From: Gammaproteobacteria bacterium
GTDB lineage: Bacteria; Pseudomonadota; Gammaproteobacteria; Pseudomonadales; Cellvibrionaceae
Reading direction: 5' to 3'
Length of the DNA stretch: 64,000 nucleotides
Assembly (NCBI GenBank): GCA_031425935.1
Contig: JANPKH010000331.1
Span: forward strand, 14,870-78,869
Part shown: piece by piece, positions 28,606 to 39,836 of the stretch
Position numbering within the stretch: position 1 is the stretch's first letter
How the letters are laid out: every line of letters begins with the position of its first letter
Made by a program: the position numbers and the translations under genes
The notes under the pieces: generated by a model
The model's database searches: none
Told to the model about the DNA's origin: nothing
The model's input: the letters and a program-made list of their open reading frames with translations, nothing else

Positions 28606-29229
28606 TTACTTCTTGGCATCTTCAATCTTCATACGGACATTCATGGGGTACCAACAAGCAACTGGTTTATCACCTTGCATACAAGGTATAAACTTCCAAG
28701 AGCGAGGAACATGCTTAATAACTGCTTCGTCCAAACGCTCAAAACCACTACTCTTTTCTAATTTGGCCTCTGCAACTCGGCCATCTTCCGTAATATAAAG
28801 ATTAACGCCAACAACACCCTCTTCTCCAAGCCGTATTGAAGCTTGCGGATAATCTGGATTCGATAGGCCTTTTTTTGTTTGTTTTGGCCTTGTAATAGTT
28901 GACGGCTCAACGACTGGCTTAGCCGTTGTACTTTGAACAGCCACAATAGCAGTTGAATTAGCTGGAGCATCTGGCACAAAATCAAATGACGGTGGCGGCA
29001 CAAAATCGGGTGGTGGAATTTTTGTATCTGGTGGTGGTGGTGGTGGTTCCACTACCTCATCCGGCTTGATTTCTTCCACAACTTTCGTTTGAAGAACTTC
29101 TGAGATTTTTGTGGATACATTACCAGCTAAACCACTAGCCAAACCATAAATTAGAAGAATATGAAAACCAATTACAAAGAAAAGGCCAAATGATCTTTGA
29201 CCTGTAGATTTCTGGGCGTGATATGACAT
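28606..29229 (-). CDS. tonB: Energy transducer TonB
   Basis: N-terminal TM helix with His, polyproline linker, YPQASIRLGEEG and SSGFERLD C-terminal domain. Confidence 0.92.
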   Translation of the reverse strand: MSYHAQKSTGQRSFGLFFVIGFHILLIYGLASGLAGNVSTKISEVLQTKVVEEIKPDEVVEPPPPPPDTKIPPPDFVPPPSFDFVPDAPANSTAIVAVQSTTAKPVVEPSTITRPKQTKKGLSNPDYPQASIRLGEEGVVGVNLYITEDGRVAEAKLEKSSGFERLDEAVIKHVPRSWKFIPCMQGDKPVACWYPMNVRMKIEDAKK

Positions 29230-29820
29230 AACTGAGCTGCCACCTTTCTGAATTCACCTGCAAAAATGATAATGCTGTACAAATATAACAATGTTTGTAG
29301 TGCAAGATCATGGAGTTAGCGCCTAAAGCACCCGCACCTAGGTCGTAGCATTTTTAACTACGCCTCAAGATTTAGATAACTTAATTAGCCGACGCTGACA
29401 ATTCTTTAGGTTATTTTTGTGTGTTTACGAGCAGGCTTACTGCCCCCTAAAAAACGCGGTTATCTTAACTTCTCTTATTACGCATGAAAAGCGCTATTTC
29501 TGTCATTTCTTTATTTAAACTTTAATATTTGACGCTTAAGCTTCCCTGTGTGTGACAGCGTACTCTTCAATATATTCAATTATTTCTGAAACTTTAACCC
29601 GAAAGATTTGATTCAGATCATATATCAACCCAAAAAACGCTGCCCGCCTACGTCTCTTTAGCTTAATCTACGGCAAGTTAGACGAATTGAGAATGTTTTT
29701 CCGCTATCTTAAAGAATTATAAAGTAGGTTTTGCAGACTGGGATGTAGCAAAACAAAGCTTTGGAAAACTACAGTTCGCGTTACGATTTGAAACCTTTTA
29801 CTTTAGCATTCACCTAAATA

Positions 29821-30420
29821 TTAAAAACGATAATCAAAATTTACACTCGACATATTGGGTTTGTTATATAACTCATCACAAATATTTTTGTATTCAAAGT
29901 TGATATTGAGATATTCATTAATTACAAAACCAATTCCTATTCCATAAGAAATGCCAGAATAACTAACACTAGGACTTTCAAGTTCTGTACCAGTAATATC
30001 CTTCGTTGTTTTAGATGTGCTTATTTGAGTATATCCGATAAGTGCATACAACTTAGCATCATCATTCTCTAGCTCAGGCTTATAATAGATACTTCCGTAA
30101 GTGCCTAAATCGCGCTCAAACTTACCCCTTTCCTCAAGCGCACCTCCAGTAGTTACACCATACGTGATGCCTTTACCCGATCTTAAACCGGAGCCTACCC
30201 GAATCTCTCCACCTAATGCATTATTGTATTTATAACCACCAATTAACTCTCCGGTACGAATAGCAGTGGTATCGCCTAACGTCATCCCGTTACTAAGAGT
30301 CACCATATCTTGTTTATCATCAACGGCGGATGCGCCAATGCCAACATAAAAGCCCTTGTGGTTATCAGCTAGCGCGGGCATTGCTAAGAGCGTAATAGCA
30401 AAGAAATAGGCTTTGTTCAT
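29821..30420 (-). CDS. Outer-membrane beta-barrel protein (OmpA-like TM/porin family)
   Basis: Signal MNKAYFFAITLLAMPALA; GFYVGIG, SYGIGIGF; terminal DYRF. Confidence 0.85.
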   Translation of the reverse strand: MNKAYFFAITLLAMPALADNHKGFYVGIGASAVDDKQDMVTLSNGMTLGDTTAIRTGELIGGYKYNNALGGEIRVGSGLRSGKGITYGVTTGGALEERGKFERDLGTYGSIYYKPELENDDAKLYALIGYTQISTSKTTKDITGTELESPSVSYSGISYGIGIGFVINEYLNINFEYKNICDELYNKPNMSSVNFDYRF

Positions 30421-30496
30421 GGGGGGATCCTTTAAAAGATTTGAAAATTTTCTTATCGTTAGTACTTGCGCACCATCATAGCTGAGCAAGGCGCAT

Positions 30497-30529
30497 AAAA
30501 AAAGCACTGGTTTTAACGCCAGCGCTTTT
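30497..30529 (-). terminator. Terminator after the efflux adaptor gene
   Basis: Minus strand AAAAGCGCTGG-loop-CCAGTGCTTTTTTT. Confidence 0.7.
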
Positions 30530-30554
30530 CGTTTTTACTTTTACCGTTGATCTA

Positions 30555-31628
30555 TCACCGATGTTTTATTTTTTCATTAGCCTTCAAGCCAGAGATTACT
30601 TCTATATTAATTCCATCTGATAAACCAGTCTTAACTTCACGTTTCTCGAATTTTTGCGGCCCTACTTCTACTTCTACAAAATTTGCTTTATCTTCAATTA
30701 TTAAATTACCTTCATTAATAGCCAAGACATTTTCTTTTTTGTCCAAGACTATATCAGCATTAGCACTGTAGTTAGCTCTGAGGAAAAGCTGATCGTTTAA
30801 TTTTACTGCTGCACGAATCTGAAATTTAATGGTGCCCTGATCAGAGATACCCTTGGGTGAAATATATTCCAGCATAGCTGTAAATGGTTTGCCTTCTAAC
30901 GCCCCAACATTTAGTACTAACTCCATACCTTCTCGTAGTTTTCCTACTTCTGACTCGTCCACATTGCCTTCAAAAATCATATCTGTCATGTCGGCCAAGT
31001 TCGCAACACTGGTTCCGGATTGAAAGGTACTTGATTCAACAATAAATGCGCCTTCTTTGTTGGGCACATCGAGTACCATCCCCGTTACTGTCGCGGGAAT
31101 CATGTTGGATATTTTTTCAGATTTTTTGGTCGCACCCGATTTTAACAAGAGCACATTATTTTCAGATGATGTGACTGCTTCACGTTGCAGGTTATAAGTT
31201 AACAAAAATTTATTATATTCCGATGCCGAAATTAATTTTTGTTCAAAAAGTTTTTTCTGGCGTTGATTTTCAATTTCTGTATTTTGGAAATTAATTTTTG
31301 CAGCCTCTAATTGAGACTCTGCCTGGTTAACTTGCAACATACTAGGACGCAATGTGATTTTTGCTAAGATATCTCCTTTTTTAACTTTTTGGCCAGCCAC
31401 CACAAACAGTTGCTCAACAACACCCGAAACTTGCGATTTTACCTCAATTTCCCGACGCGGAATCACTTTACCTATAGCCACCGTCTTTTTAATAATGGTA
31501 GTTTTTAAGACTGGATCTGTTTGATAAACTACGGGAGCTTGCTGTGATTTCTTGTAAAGAAATACTGCCGTTCCTATAAATATAATTGCAATTACGCCTA
31601 ATACTACAAACCACATGATTTTTTTCAT
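30555..31628 (-). CDS. Periplasmic adaptor (membrane fusion protein, MacA-like)
   Basis: EVKSQVSGVV.....GQKVKKGD lipoyl-like motif; VDESEVGKL; VKTGLSDG. Confidence 0.92.
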   Translation of the reverse strand: MKKIMWFVVLGVIAIIFIGTAVFLYKKSQQAPVVYQTDPVLKTTIIKKTVAIGKVIPRREIEVKSQVSGVVEQLFVVAGQKVKKGDILAKITLRPSMLQVNQAESQLEAAKINFQNTEIENQRQKKLFEQKLISASEYNKFLLTYNLQREAVTSSENNVLLLKSGATKKSEKISNMIPATVTGMVLDVPNKEGAFIVESSTFQSGTSVANLADMTDMIFEGNVDESEVGKLREGMELVLNVGALEGKPFTAMLEYISPKGISDQGTIKFQIRAAVKLNDQLFLRANYSANADIVLDKKENVLAINEGNLIIEDKANFVEVEVGPQKFEKREVKTGLSDGINIEVISGLKANEKIKHR

Positions 31629-31670
31629 TTTCCCTTCTTACCTTTTGTTAATATTAATAATGTAAAAAAT

Positions 31671-32936
31671 TTATTCATCTTGCAAAGCGACTATAGGATT
31701 TACTGCCGCAGCCTTTGATGCAGGCAATAGAGATGCAAGAAACCCGGAAATAATTAACACGACTAATGCCGTAATTGCTACTTTAAAATCTACCGCTGGA
31801 TGACGAAACATACCCGCATTTCCACCAACAGCATCCATAACTCTATTAACAATTTCCAGCAATAATACAGCACAAACTAAACCAAAATAACCTGCTACAG
31901 CCGTAATAAAAATAGACTCTTGCACAATCATTCCGATAATAGATGAAGGCGTAGCACCTAATGCTTTACGCAAACCAATTTCTCTTGTTCGTTCCTTAAC
32001 TACAATCAACATAATATTTCCGACACCTATAGCGCCGGCCATTATAGTGCCTATTGCTACTACCCAACTAAATACTTTAATACCGATAAAAAGGCCTCTA
32101 ATTTTGTCGAATTCCTTTTGTAAATTAAAACTACCAATTACACCAACATCATTAGGGTCAATTTTTTTTATTAAACTTAAATATTTTTTAACATCTTTTT
32201 CCACAACCTCAGCATGTATACCTGGTTTTGGAATAATTACAAAGCTACCTACGTTATTCACTTGGTTAAACGCATAACGCAGCGTGTCATTCGGCAAATA
32301 TATTTTTTCGGCTTCTAAACTATCGGGCTCAGTAGAACTCGACTTAAAAACACCTACTACTTGGAAACTAATGCCAGAAATTGTGATGTAGGCGCCTACT
32401 ACATTGTCGCTTTTAGCAAATAGCATTTCTTTTACTCGCGTGCCTATAACAGCAACCTTGCGTCGTTTTTGATCGTCCGTTTCATTGATGTAGCGGCCTT
32501 CAAGTATTTTTTGTTGGTGAATATTTGTCATCCCAGCATGAGTGCCTTGGATGGAAAAACTACCATTTTTTGTTTTATAAACTGTATACGCGGGTGCACC
32601 GCCCCAAATACCTAAACTGTTTTGGGCGTAAATTTTATCTATATTCGGTACATTATTTTTAATAGCCTCGACATCTTCAGCTTTTAAACTCATGCGTCGT
32701 CCTATGGGCATTCCCTGATAAGCTATTTGTGTACTACCTTGGGACCAGATCCATACTGAATTAGGAATTTCTTTAAACTCTTCGAGTACACCATTTTCTA
32801 ATCCCTTACCAGCACCTAATAAAATTGCCAGCATGAAAATTCCCCAAAAAACACCAAACGCGGTTAGACCTGTGCGCAATTTGTGTTGTTTTAGCGTGAA
32901 AAATATTTCTTGCCACTTTTCAATATCAATAAGCAT
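31671..32936 (-). CDS. MacB/FtsX-like ABC permease (type B, copy 1)
   Basis: KLRTGLTAFGVFWGI; GVGNIMLIVVKERTREIGLRKALGA. Confidence 0.92.
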   Translation of the reverse strand: MLIDIEKWQEIFFTLKQHKLRTGLTAFGVFWGIFMLAILLGAGKGLENGVLEEFKEIPNSVWIWSQGSTQIAYQGMPIGRRMSLKAEDVEAIKNNVPNIDKIYAQNSLGIWGGAPAYTVYKTKNGSFSIQGTHAGMTNIHQQKILEGRYINETDDQKRRKVAVIGTRVKEMLFAKSDNVVGAYITISGISFQVVGVFKSSSTEPDSLEAEKIYLPNDTLRYAFNQVNNVGSFVIIPKPGIHAEVVEKDVKKYLSLIKKIDPNDVGVIGSFNLQKEFDKIRGLFIGIKVFSWVVAIGTIMAGAIGVGNIMLIVVKERTREIGLRKALGATPSSIIGMIVQESIFITAVAGYFGLVCAVLLLEIVNRVMDAVGGNAGMFRHPAVDFKVAITALVVLIISGFLASLLPASKAAAVNPIVALQDE

Positions 32937-32946
32937 TCATAGTTCC

Positions 32947-34188
32947 TTATTCGGCACGCATAGCTTCAACGGGCATTATGCGCGCAGCTTTTAATGCAGG
33001 CATTAAACCGGCTAAAGCACCTACGATTACTAACAAAATGATCGCGGTTATAGCAACTTGAAAATTAACCTCAGGGTTTTCAAAAAATTCTAATTTCACC
33101 CCGGCAGAGCGCAATCCAAATGATGTTAACTCCAATAAGCCCACGCCCAAAACTAAACCGCTGTATCCAGCTATGCTAGTTACCAAAATAGATTCCATTA
33201 ACAATGTGCTGACAATGCTAAAAGGTGTGGCGCCTAATGCTTTACGAATCCCAATTTCACGCGTGCGCTCTTTCACTGTAATAATCATAATATTACTTAC
33301 GCCTACAATACCGGCTGTTAATGTACCCAAGCCAACAAACCAAATAAGAGCGTTGATGGCAAAAAATAAACCATTCACCATTTTTGCAGGCTCTGCCATA
33401 TTAAAAGATTTTATTGCGCGCTTATCTTCAGGTGATACATCATGACGAACTTTTAATAATGCAATAACTTTTTTCTCTAGCTCAAAGCCATCGCTACCAA
33501 GTGCTGGTCGTATCCAAATATTATTTATTTTGTCGCCACTACCAAATAATTTATCGAAAGTAGGTCGCGGAATATATATGCGCTCGGAATCTTGGCCACG
33601 GTTGGCTTTATCATAAAAAACCCCGACTACTTTCATAGCAACATCATTAATGCGAATAGTTTTGCCAACCGGATCAACGTCTTTACCAAAGAGCCTCTCT
33701 GCTACTACAGAACCAACAGCAGCGATTTTTCTAACTTCTAAATCATCAAGTGGATTATTTTTTCTACCAAATGTGAAGGGTAGACTTTCTTTAATTTTAA
33801 AATATTCTGCGGGAACACCAAATACGGAATAGTTTCCCGTTTTATTTTCATACTTGATGGTAATACCGCCTCTTTGTTGTTCCGCAGAAATAAATCTCAA
33901 TCCTGGAATGTCCTTTTTAATGGCTTGTATATCCGCTTCAGTCATTGCAATGCTTCGCCCTAAACCCAACCCTTTATAGGCTATTGACGTGGTATTACTC
34001 CAGACAATAATAAAATCCATTACTTCCGTACCAAAACTTTTATACACGCCATTTTGCATTCCTTTACCCGCTCCGAGTAAAAGAATAAGCATAAAAATTC
34101 CCCAAAACACACCAAAAGCAGTGAGCCCTGTGCGCAATTTATTTTGGCGCAATGTGTAGAGAATTTCTTGCAAGCCATCCATATTCAT
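32947..34188 (-). CDS. MacB/FtsX-like ABC permease (type A, copy 1)
   Basis: MDGLQEILYTLRQNKLRT; GVSNIMIITVKERTREIGIRKALGA. Confidence 0.92.
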   Translation of the reverse strand: MNMDGLQEILYTLRQNKLRTGLTAFGVFWGIFMLILLLGAGKGMQNGVYKSFGTEVMDFIIVWSNTTSIAYKGLGLGRSIAMTEADIQAIKKDIPGLRFISAEQQRGGITIKYENKTGNYSVFGVPAEYFKIKESLPFTFGRKNNPLDDLEVRKIAAVGSVVAERLFGKDVDPVGKTIRINDVAMKVVGVFYDKANRGQDSERIYIPRPTFDKLFGSGDKINNIWIRPALGSDGFELEKKVIALLKVRHDVSPEDKRAIKSFNMAEPAKMVNGLFFAINALIWFVGLGTLTAGIVGVSNIMIITVKERTREIGIRKALGATPFSIVSTLLMESILVTSIAGYSGLVLGVGLLELTSFGLRSAGVKLEFFENPEVNFQVAITAIILLVIVGALAGLMPALKAARIMPVEAMRAE

Positions 34189-34907
34189 TAACCTAGAATT
34201 GCTTCTTCATTTTGATCTGTCATGTCATCACCGTGATGATGCTTGCCTGAAACAATCAGACCATCTTTTAAAACAATTTGACGTTGTGTTTGATCGGCAA
34301 CATCTTTTTCATGAGTGACTATAACAATGGTATTGCCAAGGCTGTGAACTTCCTTGAGCAACGCCATAATTTCCAGCGTGGTTTGGCTATCAAGTGCTCC
34401 TGTTGGCTCATCGGCTAAAATAACTTTAGGCTTGGTAACCAATGCACGTGCTATAGCAACTCGTTGCTTTTGACCACCTGATAATTCATTAGGCATAAAA
34501 TTAGCACGATGTGAAAGTCCAACCATTTCTAGATATTGTGTTGCGCGATAATTACGTTCTTTACGACCAACGTTTTGATAATACAATGGCAGTGCTACAT
34601 TTTCGGTAGCATTTTTAAATGGTAATAAATTAAATGATTGAAATATAAAACCAAGCAATTCATTACGTAGATGTGCTGACGTTTTTTCTTTTAGATTTTT
34701 TATTTCGCGGCCTGCAAGAAAATAATCACCCTGATCGTGGTTATCTAAAATACCTAAAATATTTAACAAGGTTGATTTACCAGAACCAGATGAACCCATA
34801 ATAGATACTAATTCGCCCTCCTGAATATGCAGGTCAATTCCCTTAAGCACGTGTAGTGGTTGCTCGCCTGAATGATAGTATTTATGAATATTGTGAAGCT
34901 TAATCAT
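34188..34907 (-). CDS. ABC transporter ATP-binding protein (MacB/LolD type)
   Basis: GSSGSGKST, LSGGQKQR, ILADEPTGALD. Confidence 0.96.
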   Translation of the reverse strand: MIKLHNIHKYYHSGEQPLHVLKGIDLHIQEGELVSIMGSSGSGKSTLLNILGILDNHDQGDYFLAGREIKNLKEKTSAHLRNELLGFIFQSFNLLPFKNATENVALPLYYQNVGRKERNYRATQYLEMVGLSHRANFMPNELSGGQKQRVAIARALVTKPKVILADEPTGALDSQTTLEIMALLKEVHSLGNTIVIVTHEKDVADQTQRQIVLKDGLIVSGKHHHGDDMTDQNEEAILG

Positions 34908-35158
34908 GATGTTTTCTGTCCTTTATTCAAGGCGACCTATTAGTGTAGAGTGACTCATTTATGATTACATGCGCACAAGCCTAGTGTGTTTAATCAAACT
35001 TTATAGGTTAGTCGCTATTTATTTACCCTTATTAACAATCTAATGACATTTGCCATTTTTAGTTATTGTGATCAACTCATGTAACGTTTGATGCAAATTT
35101 TGCGAATATAGATTCAAGCCAGCCGCAAAATTATCTAACCATATTATTCGTGTTCATA

Positions 35159-36424
35159 TTATTCATCTTGTAGTGCCGTAATGGGATTCACGGACGCCGC
35201 TTTTAGAGCGGGCAGTACTGAAGCTATAGCACCCGCTGATACCAGAACCGCAAATGCCATAAACGCCGTGCCTAAATCAACATAAGGCGAAGAAAACATA
35301 CCAGCTCCTTTGCCCATTTTGATTAAGATAGATTCTATTCCCTCAAGCAAAAATACCCCAGCCACTAATCCGACGTACCCTGATATAACCGTTATAAACA
35401 ATGATTCCTGCACAATCATCAAACTTATTTTTGTGGGTGTTGCACCGAGTGCTTTACGTAAACCAATTTCCCGCGTGCGTTCTTTTACAACAACTAACAT
35501 TATATTTCCCACGCCAATAACGCCTGCGATAATAGTCCCTATAGCAACCAACCAACTAAAACCTAAAATTCCTTTTACCAGGCCCTGTTGCTGCTGAAAT
35601 TCTTGTTCAGCATTAAAGGTTCCTAATACGCCCACATCGTCAGGATGTATTTTTTGCCGCTCATGAATAAGTTTTTTTACGGCTTTCTCCAGTTGTTCAG
35701 CCTTATATCCAGGTAAGGGTTGTATCCATAGCTCATCTAATCGATCCATCTGATTAAATGCTTTACGTAAACTATTGTTGGGAATGAATACGCTGTTGCT
35801 TTGGTTTCTGTCACCCTCATCGGGCTCAGTGGTTGTGTACACACCGACGATCTGAAAGTAAATACCGCGAATATTAATAGCTTTTCCAATTGGATTGCCG
35901 CCACCTTTAAATAGAATATCCCTTACGCGAGTACCGATTACCGCTACCTTACGGAACTCCGTCTCGTCTAAATAATTAATGTAACGTCCTTCAACCACAC
36001 GACTTGTGAGTAATGACTCCCATCCCGCATGAGTTCCTATAACATTAAAAGAGCCGCTGGCTTTTTCATGGATAACATATTGCGCTCCTCTCAAAAAGTT
36101 TTGGCCTTCGACTAATTTCACACCAGAAATTTTTTCTTTTATTGCATCAACATCATTTTGCGTTAGTACAATATTTCTCCCTTTTCCTAAACCTTTGTAG
36201 GGTAATTGTGTTGCATTTGATGACCATAAAAATACAACATTTTTCCTATCACCAAATAAGGCTTCGACTTTAATACCAAAGCCAGTACCAAAACCCAATA
36301 GCAGTACCAACATAAAAATGCCCCAAAAGACACCAAATGCGGTTAGGCTTGTTCTGAGTTTTTGTTTTTTAAGTGTGTTAAAAATTTCTTGCCATTTATC
36401 CACATCAATTAATTTTAATTCCAT
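35159..36424 (-). CDS. MacB/FtsX-like ABC permease (type B, copy 2)
   Basis: IDVDKWQEIF.TLK.QKLRT; ends ALQDE like 31671-32936. Confidence 0.92.
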   Translation of the reverse strand: MELKLIDVDKWQEIFNTLKKQKLRTSLTAFGVFWGIFMLVLLLGFGTGFGIKVEALFGDRKNVVFLWSSNATQLPYKGLGKGRNIVLTQNDVDAIKEKISGVKLVEGQNFLRGAQYVIHEKASGSFNVIGTHAGWESLLTSRVVEGRYINYLDETEFRKVAVIGTRVRDILFKGGGNPIGKAINIRGIYFQIVGVYTTTEPDEGDRNQSNSVFIPNNSLRKAFNQMDRLDELWIQPLPGYKAEQLEKAVKKLIHERQKIHPDDVGVLGTFNAEQEFQQQQGLVKGILGFSWLVAIGTIIAGVIGVGNIMLVVVKERTREIGLRKALGATPTKISLMIVQESLFITVISGYVGLVAGVFLLEGIESILIKMGKGAGMFSSPYVDLGTAFMAFAVLVSAGAIASVLPALKAASVNPITALQDE

Positions 36425-37674
36425 TATTCGGCCCTCATAGCTTCTATCGGCATAATGCGCGCCGCTTTTAAAGCGGGTATTAAACCTGCAATTACACCCG
36501 CAATAATTAACAAAAGTAATGCGCTTATCGCTATCCCGATATCCACTTCAGGTTGTTGAAAATAAGGTAAATTAATTTTAAATTTTTCTAGCAATATAGA
36601 AACGGCCTCGAGAAAACCAACACCAAAAACGAGCCCACAGTAGCCAGCGATACTTGTCACTAAAACGGATTCAAGTAGCAAACTAAATATAATAGATGTT
36701 GGTTTCGCACCAAGTGCTTTACGAATACCAATTTCACGCGTACGTTCTTTCACTGTAATAATCATGATATTGCTAACCCCCACAATACCCGCGAGTAGCG
36801 TTCCTATGCCTACTAACCATATAAATAAATTCAAACCCTCAAATGTTTGTTTTGTTTCTAGCGTAGAGCGTGCGTAATTATTTACAAAAATAGCCCGAGC
36901 ATCATCTGGCGCGACATGGTGTCGCTCCTTGAGTAATTTCATTATTTTTTCTTCCAACGCTATGCCATCTGCTCCTTGTTTAGGACGCACCGTAATCAAG
37001 TCTACATCTGGGCCACCACCAAAAGTTTTTTTGAACGCGCTGATAGGCATATATAACCGCTCTGACATGACACCGCGGTTACCTTTATCGTAGAACACAC
37101 CGATAATTCGAAAAACAAGATTATTGATTTGGATTTCTTTCCCTATTGCGTCATCTTGCGAAGTGAAAAATTTTTCTGCAACTCGGGTACCAATTACTAC
37201 GACTTTTCTACTTTCATCTTCGTCCCAATAATTTAAACGACGACCATTATTGAATGGTACTTTTTCTTTAATATTAAAATATTGGTCCGCCACGCCAAAC
37301 ACACCAAACATTCCCGACTTAAGACCATAATTTACTAAAGTGTCAGAACTTGTAAAATTTCCCAATGCATTTTCACTAGAAATATAGCGAACGTCGGGGA
37401 ACTGCTGACGAATAACTGCCATATCGTCTTCGTTAAATTTTATTCTACGACCAACCGGGAAGCCTTTATAAGGTACTGAAGTTGTGAAAGGTACGATCCA
37501 AATCGAATCTAACGTATCGTTAAATCTGCCTTCTAACGATGCTTTTTCCATACCTCTGCCAGCCCCTAACAGCAGAATGAGCATGAATATACCCCAGAAC
37601 ACTCCGAAGGCTGTGAGAGCAGTGCGTAATTTATTTTGGCGTAATGTGTATAATATTTCTTGCAAGCCATCCAT
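36424..37674 (-). CDS. MacB/FtsX-like ABC permease (type A, copy 2)
   Basis: MDGLQEILYTLRQNKLRT; ends EAMRAE like 32947-34188. Confidence 0.92.
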   Translation of the reverse strand: MDGLQEILYTLRQNKLRTALTAFGVFWGIFMLILLLGAGRGMEKASLEGRFNDTLDSIWIVPFTTSVPYKGFPVGRRIKFNEDDMAVIRQQFPDVRYISSENALGNFTSSDTLVNYGLKSGMFGVFGVADQYFNIKEKVPFNNGRRLNYWDEDESRKVVVIGTRVAEKFFTSQDDAIGKEIQINNLVFRIIGVFYDKGNRGVMSERLYMPISAFKKTFGGGPDVDLITVRPKQGADGIALEEKIMKLLKERHHVAPDDARAIFVNNYARSTLETKQTFEGLNLFIWLVGIGTLLAGIVGVSNIMIITVKERTREIGIRKALGAKPTSIIFSLLLESVLVTSIAGYCGLVFGVGFLEAVSILLEKFKINLPYFQQPEVDIGIAISALLLLIIAGVIAGLIPALKAARIMPIEAMRAE

Positions 37675-37803
37675 TTTACAATCCTAATTTCTTATAGATT
37701 TACCTTAGTGTTCGCTTAGATGCTACTTTTTGAGATATAGATTCACGGCTCGTTATTTTTAAACGATATGCCTGACATTACATTGGAGGAAAAAATGATG
37801 GAA

Positions 37804-37830
37804 AGTGGCTAACGTATAAAGTTAGCCACT
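37804..37830 (-). terminator. Hairpin after leuA
   Basis: AGTGGCTAAC-GTATAAA-GTTAGCCACT perfect 10-bp stem. Confidence 0.65.
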
Positions 37831-37850
37831 CTTTGGGATTTTACAGATTT

Positions 37851-39515
37851 TTATCTATTTTGGCGATTGACGCCATTGATTAACGCTTTTATCGCTGCTG
37901 CGATGATGTTGCTATCTTTGCTTACACCAAAGACCGGCTTACCGTTATCAACTTTTATCTCAACATAACAAACTGCTTCGACATTTGAGCCTTCGCCCAC
38001 GGAATGCTCTGAATAATCCATCACGCTAATATCTAGGTTGGTGTATTGGCTCAATGCATGTGCAGCAGCATCTATAGGCCCATTGCCAGTGCCAGTAATC
38101 TCAACTGTTTTATTTTCGTGTTGTGCGTAAATAACGATATCCACTTGTTGTTGACTGTCATCATAGTTTTTTAACTTCGAGCTTTGATAGGTAAATGGAG
38201 TGTTTATGGAAAAATATTCTTGTTCAAATATTTTTACAATGTCAGCACTTTTTACTTCTTTGCCGGTTGCATCACTAACTTTTTGCACCACGCTACTAAA
38301 TTCAATTTGCAAACGCCGAGGCAACTGCAAGCCTGCTTCTTGTTGTAATAAAAAACTGACACCACCTTTTCCTGATTGCGAGTTTACGCGTACCACCGCA
38401 TCGTAACTACGATTTAGATCCGCCGGGTCAATAGGCAAATAAGGCACCTCCCAAAGCGCATCTTTTTTCTGCACCGCAAAACCTTTTTTAATGGCGTCTT
38501 GATGTGAACCCGAAAACGCGGTAAATACTAATTCTCCCGCATAGGGATGACGTGGGTGCACAGGCAATTGTGTGCAATCTTCTACTAATTTTCGCACACG
38601 ATCGATATCAGAAAAATCTAACCCCGGATGAATACCTTGCGAATATAAATTTAACGCAAGCGTCACCAAATCCACATTACCGGTGCGCTCACCATTGCCG
38701 AACAAGCAACCTTCTACGCGGTCCGCTCCGGCCATTACTGCTAATTCCGCTGCTGCAACCGCAGTACCGCGGTCATTGTGAGGATGAACACTCAACACTA
38801 TGCAATCGCGTTTATTTAAGTTTCGATGCATCCATTCAATTTGATCTGCGTAAGTATTTGGCGTATTCATTTCTACCGTTGCAGGCAAATTGAAAATAAT
38901 TTTTTTCGCAGGTGTTGGCTGCCACACCTCGGTAACCGCATCACAAACTTCTTTAGAAAATTCTATTTCCGTACTGGAAAAAACTTCTGGCGAATATTGG
39001 AAAGTCCAATCCACTTCCGGCATTTGTGCGGTTAATTCCTTACACCAACGAGTACCTTGAATCGCGATATTTTTTACACCATTTTTATCAGTGTTATAAA
39101 CAATTTTACGAAATGCTGGTGCAATAGGATTGTACATGTGCAATATAGCGCGCTTGGCGCCACGTAAGCTATTCACTGTTTTTTCAATTAAATCGAAGCG
39201 GGCTTGCACAAGTACTTCGATAGTTACATCATCGGGTATATGATTTTCTTCAATCAGCACACGAGTAAAATTCAAATCAATTTCAGAAGCCGACGGAAAT
39301 CCAATCTCGATTTCTTTAAAACCTATCGCTACTAATTCCTTAAACATACGTAATTTTGTTGCAACGGACATCGGATCAATTAGCGCTTGGTTTCCATCAC
39401 GCAGGTCCGTGCTCATCCAAATGGGCGGCTTCGTAATAAAATTATTTGGCCACTGACGGTCTGGCAAACTCACGCCGATAAAGCGCTGATATTTTGTTGA
39501 TGGATTATTAATCAT
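37851..39515 (-). CDS. leuA: 2-isopropylmalate synthase (yeast/actinobacterial-type LeuA)
   Basis: [46 protein letters not shown]. Confidence 0.96.
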   Translation of the reverse strand: MINNPSTKYQRFIGVSLPDRQWPNNFITKPPIWMSTDLRDGNQALIDPMSVATKLRMFKELVAIGFKEIEIGFPSASEIDLNFTRVLIEENHIPDDVTIEVLVQARFDLIEKTVNSLRGAKRAILHMYNPIAPAFRKIVYNTDKNGVKNIAIQGTRWCKELTAQMPEVDWTFQYSPEVFSSTEIEFSKEVCDAVTEVWQPTPAKKIIFNLPATVEMNTPNTYADQIEWMHRNLNKRDCIVLSVHPHNDRGTAVAAAELAVMAGADRVEGCLFGNGERTGNVDLVTLALNLYSQGIHPGLDFSDIDRVRKLVEDCTQLPVHPRHPYAGELVFTAFSGSHQDAIKKGFAVQKKDALWEVPYLPIDPADLNRSYDAVVRVNSQSGKGGVSFLLQQEAGLQLPRRLQIEFSSVVQKVSDATGKEVKSADIVKIFEQEYFSINTPFTYQSSKLKNYDDSQQQVDIVIYAQHENKTVEITGTGNGPIDAAAHALSQYTNLDISVMDYSEHSVGEGSNVEAVCYVEIKVDNGKPVFGVSKDSNIIAAAIKALINGVNRQNR

Positions 39516-39836
39516 GACTAGCTCCGTATTTACAATCGATTTAATTTATTTGGCAATAGCTGCAGAAACTGTTTGAAGATTGCAGCTAATTACGAGCAAT
39601 CAATAAAAAGATTTATTTAAACAACTTTACTCGTTTAACTAAACATAGGCTGTAGCTTCATCTAAATACTGGTACTTAGCTTTTTGCCTATGTGGTGAAA
39701 AGACTTGCAGTTTGAAGAAGGATAACTGAAAAGTTTGAGCAGACGATTGCTAAAGCTGTTACCTTGAACCTAATTGCGCAACATTATTCTACCAAATGAG
39801 GTATTCTTGGCAATATATGACACTATTGTGAGAAAT

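Noticed and set aside
29271-29289. Fur-box-like AATGATAAT upstream of tonB
   Set aside because: Only about 12/19 matches, with no second half-site, in AT-rich DNA.
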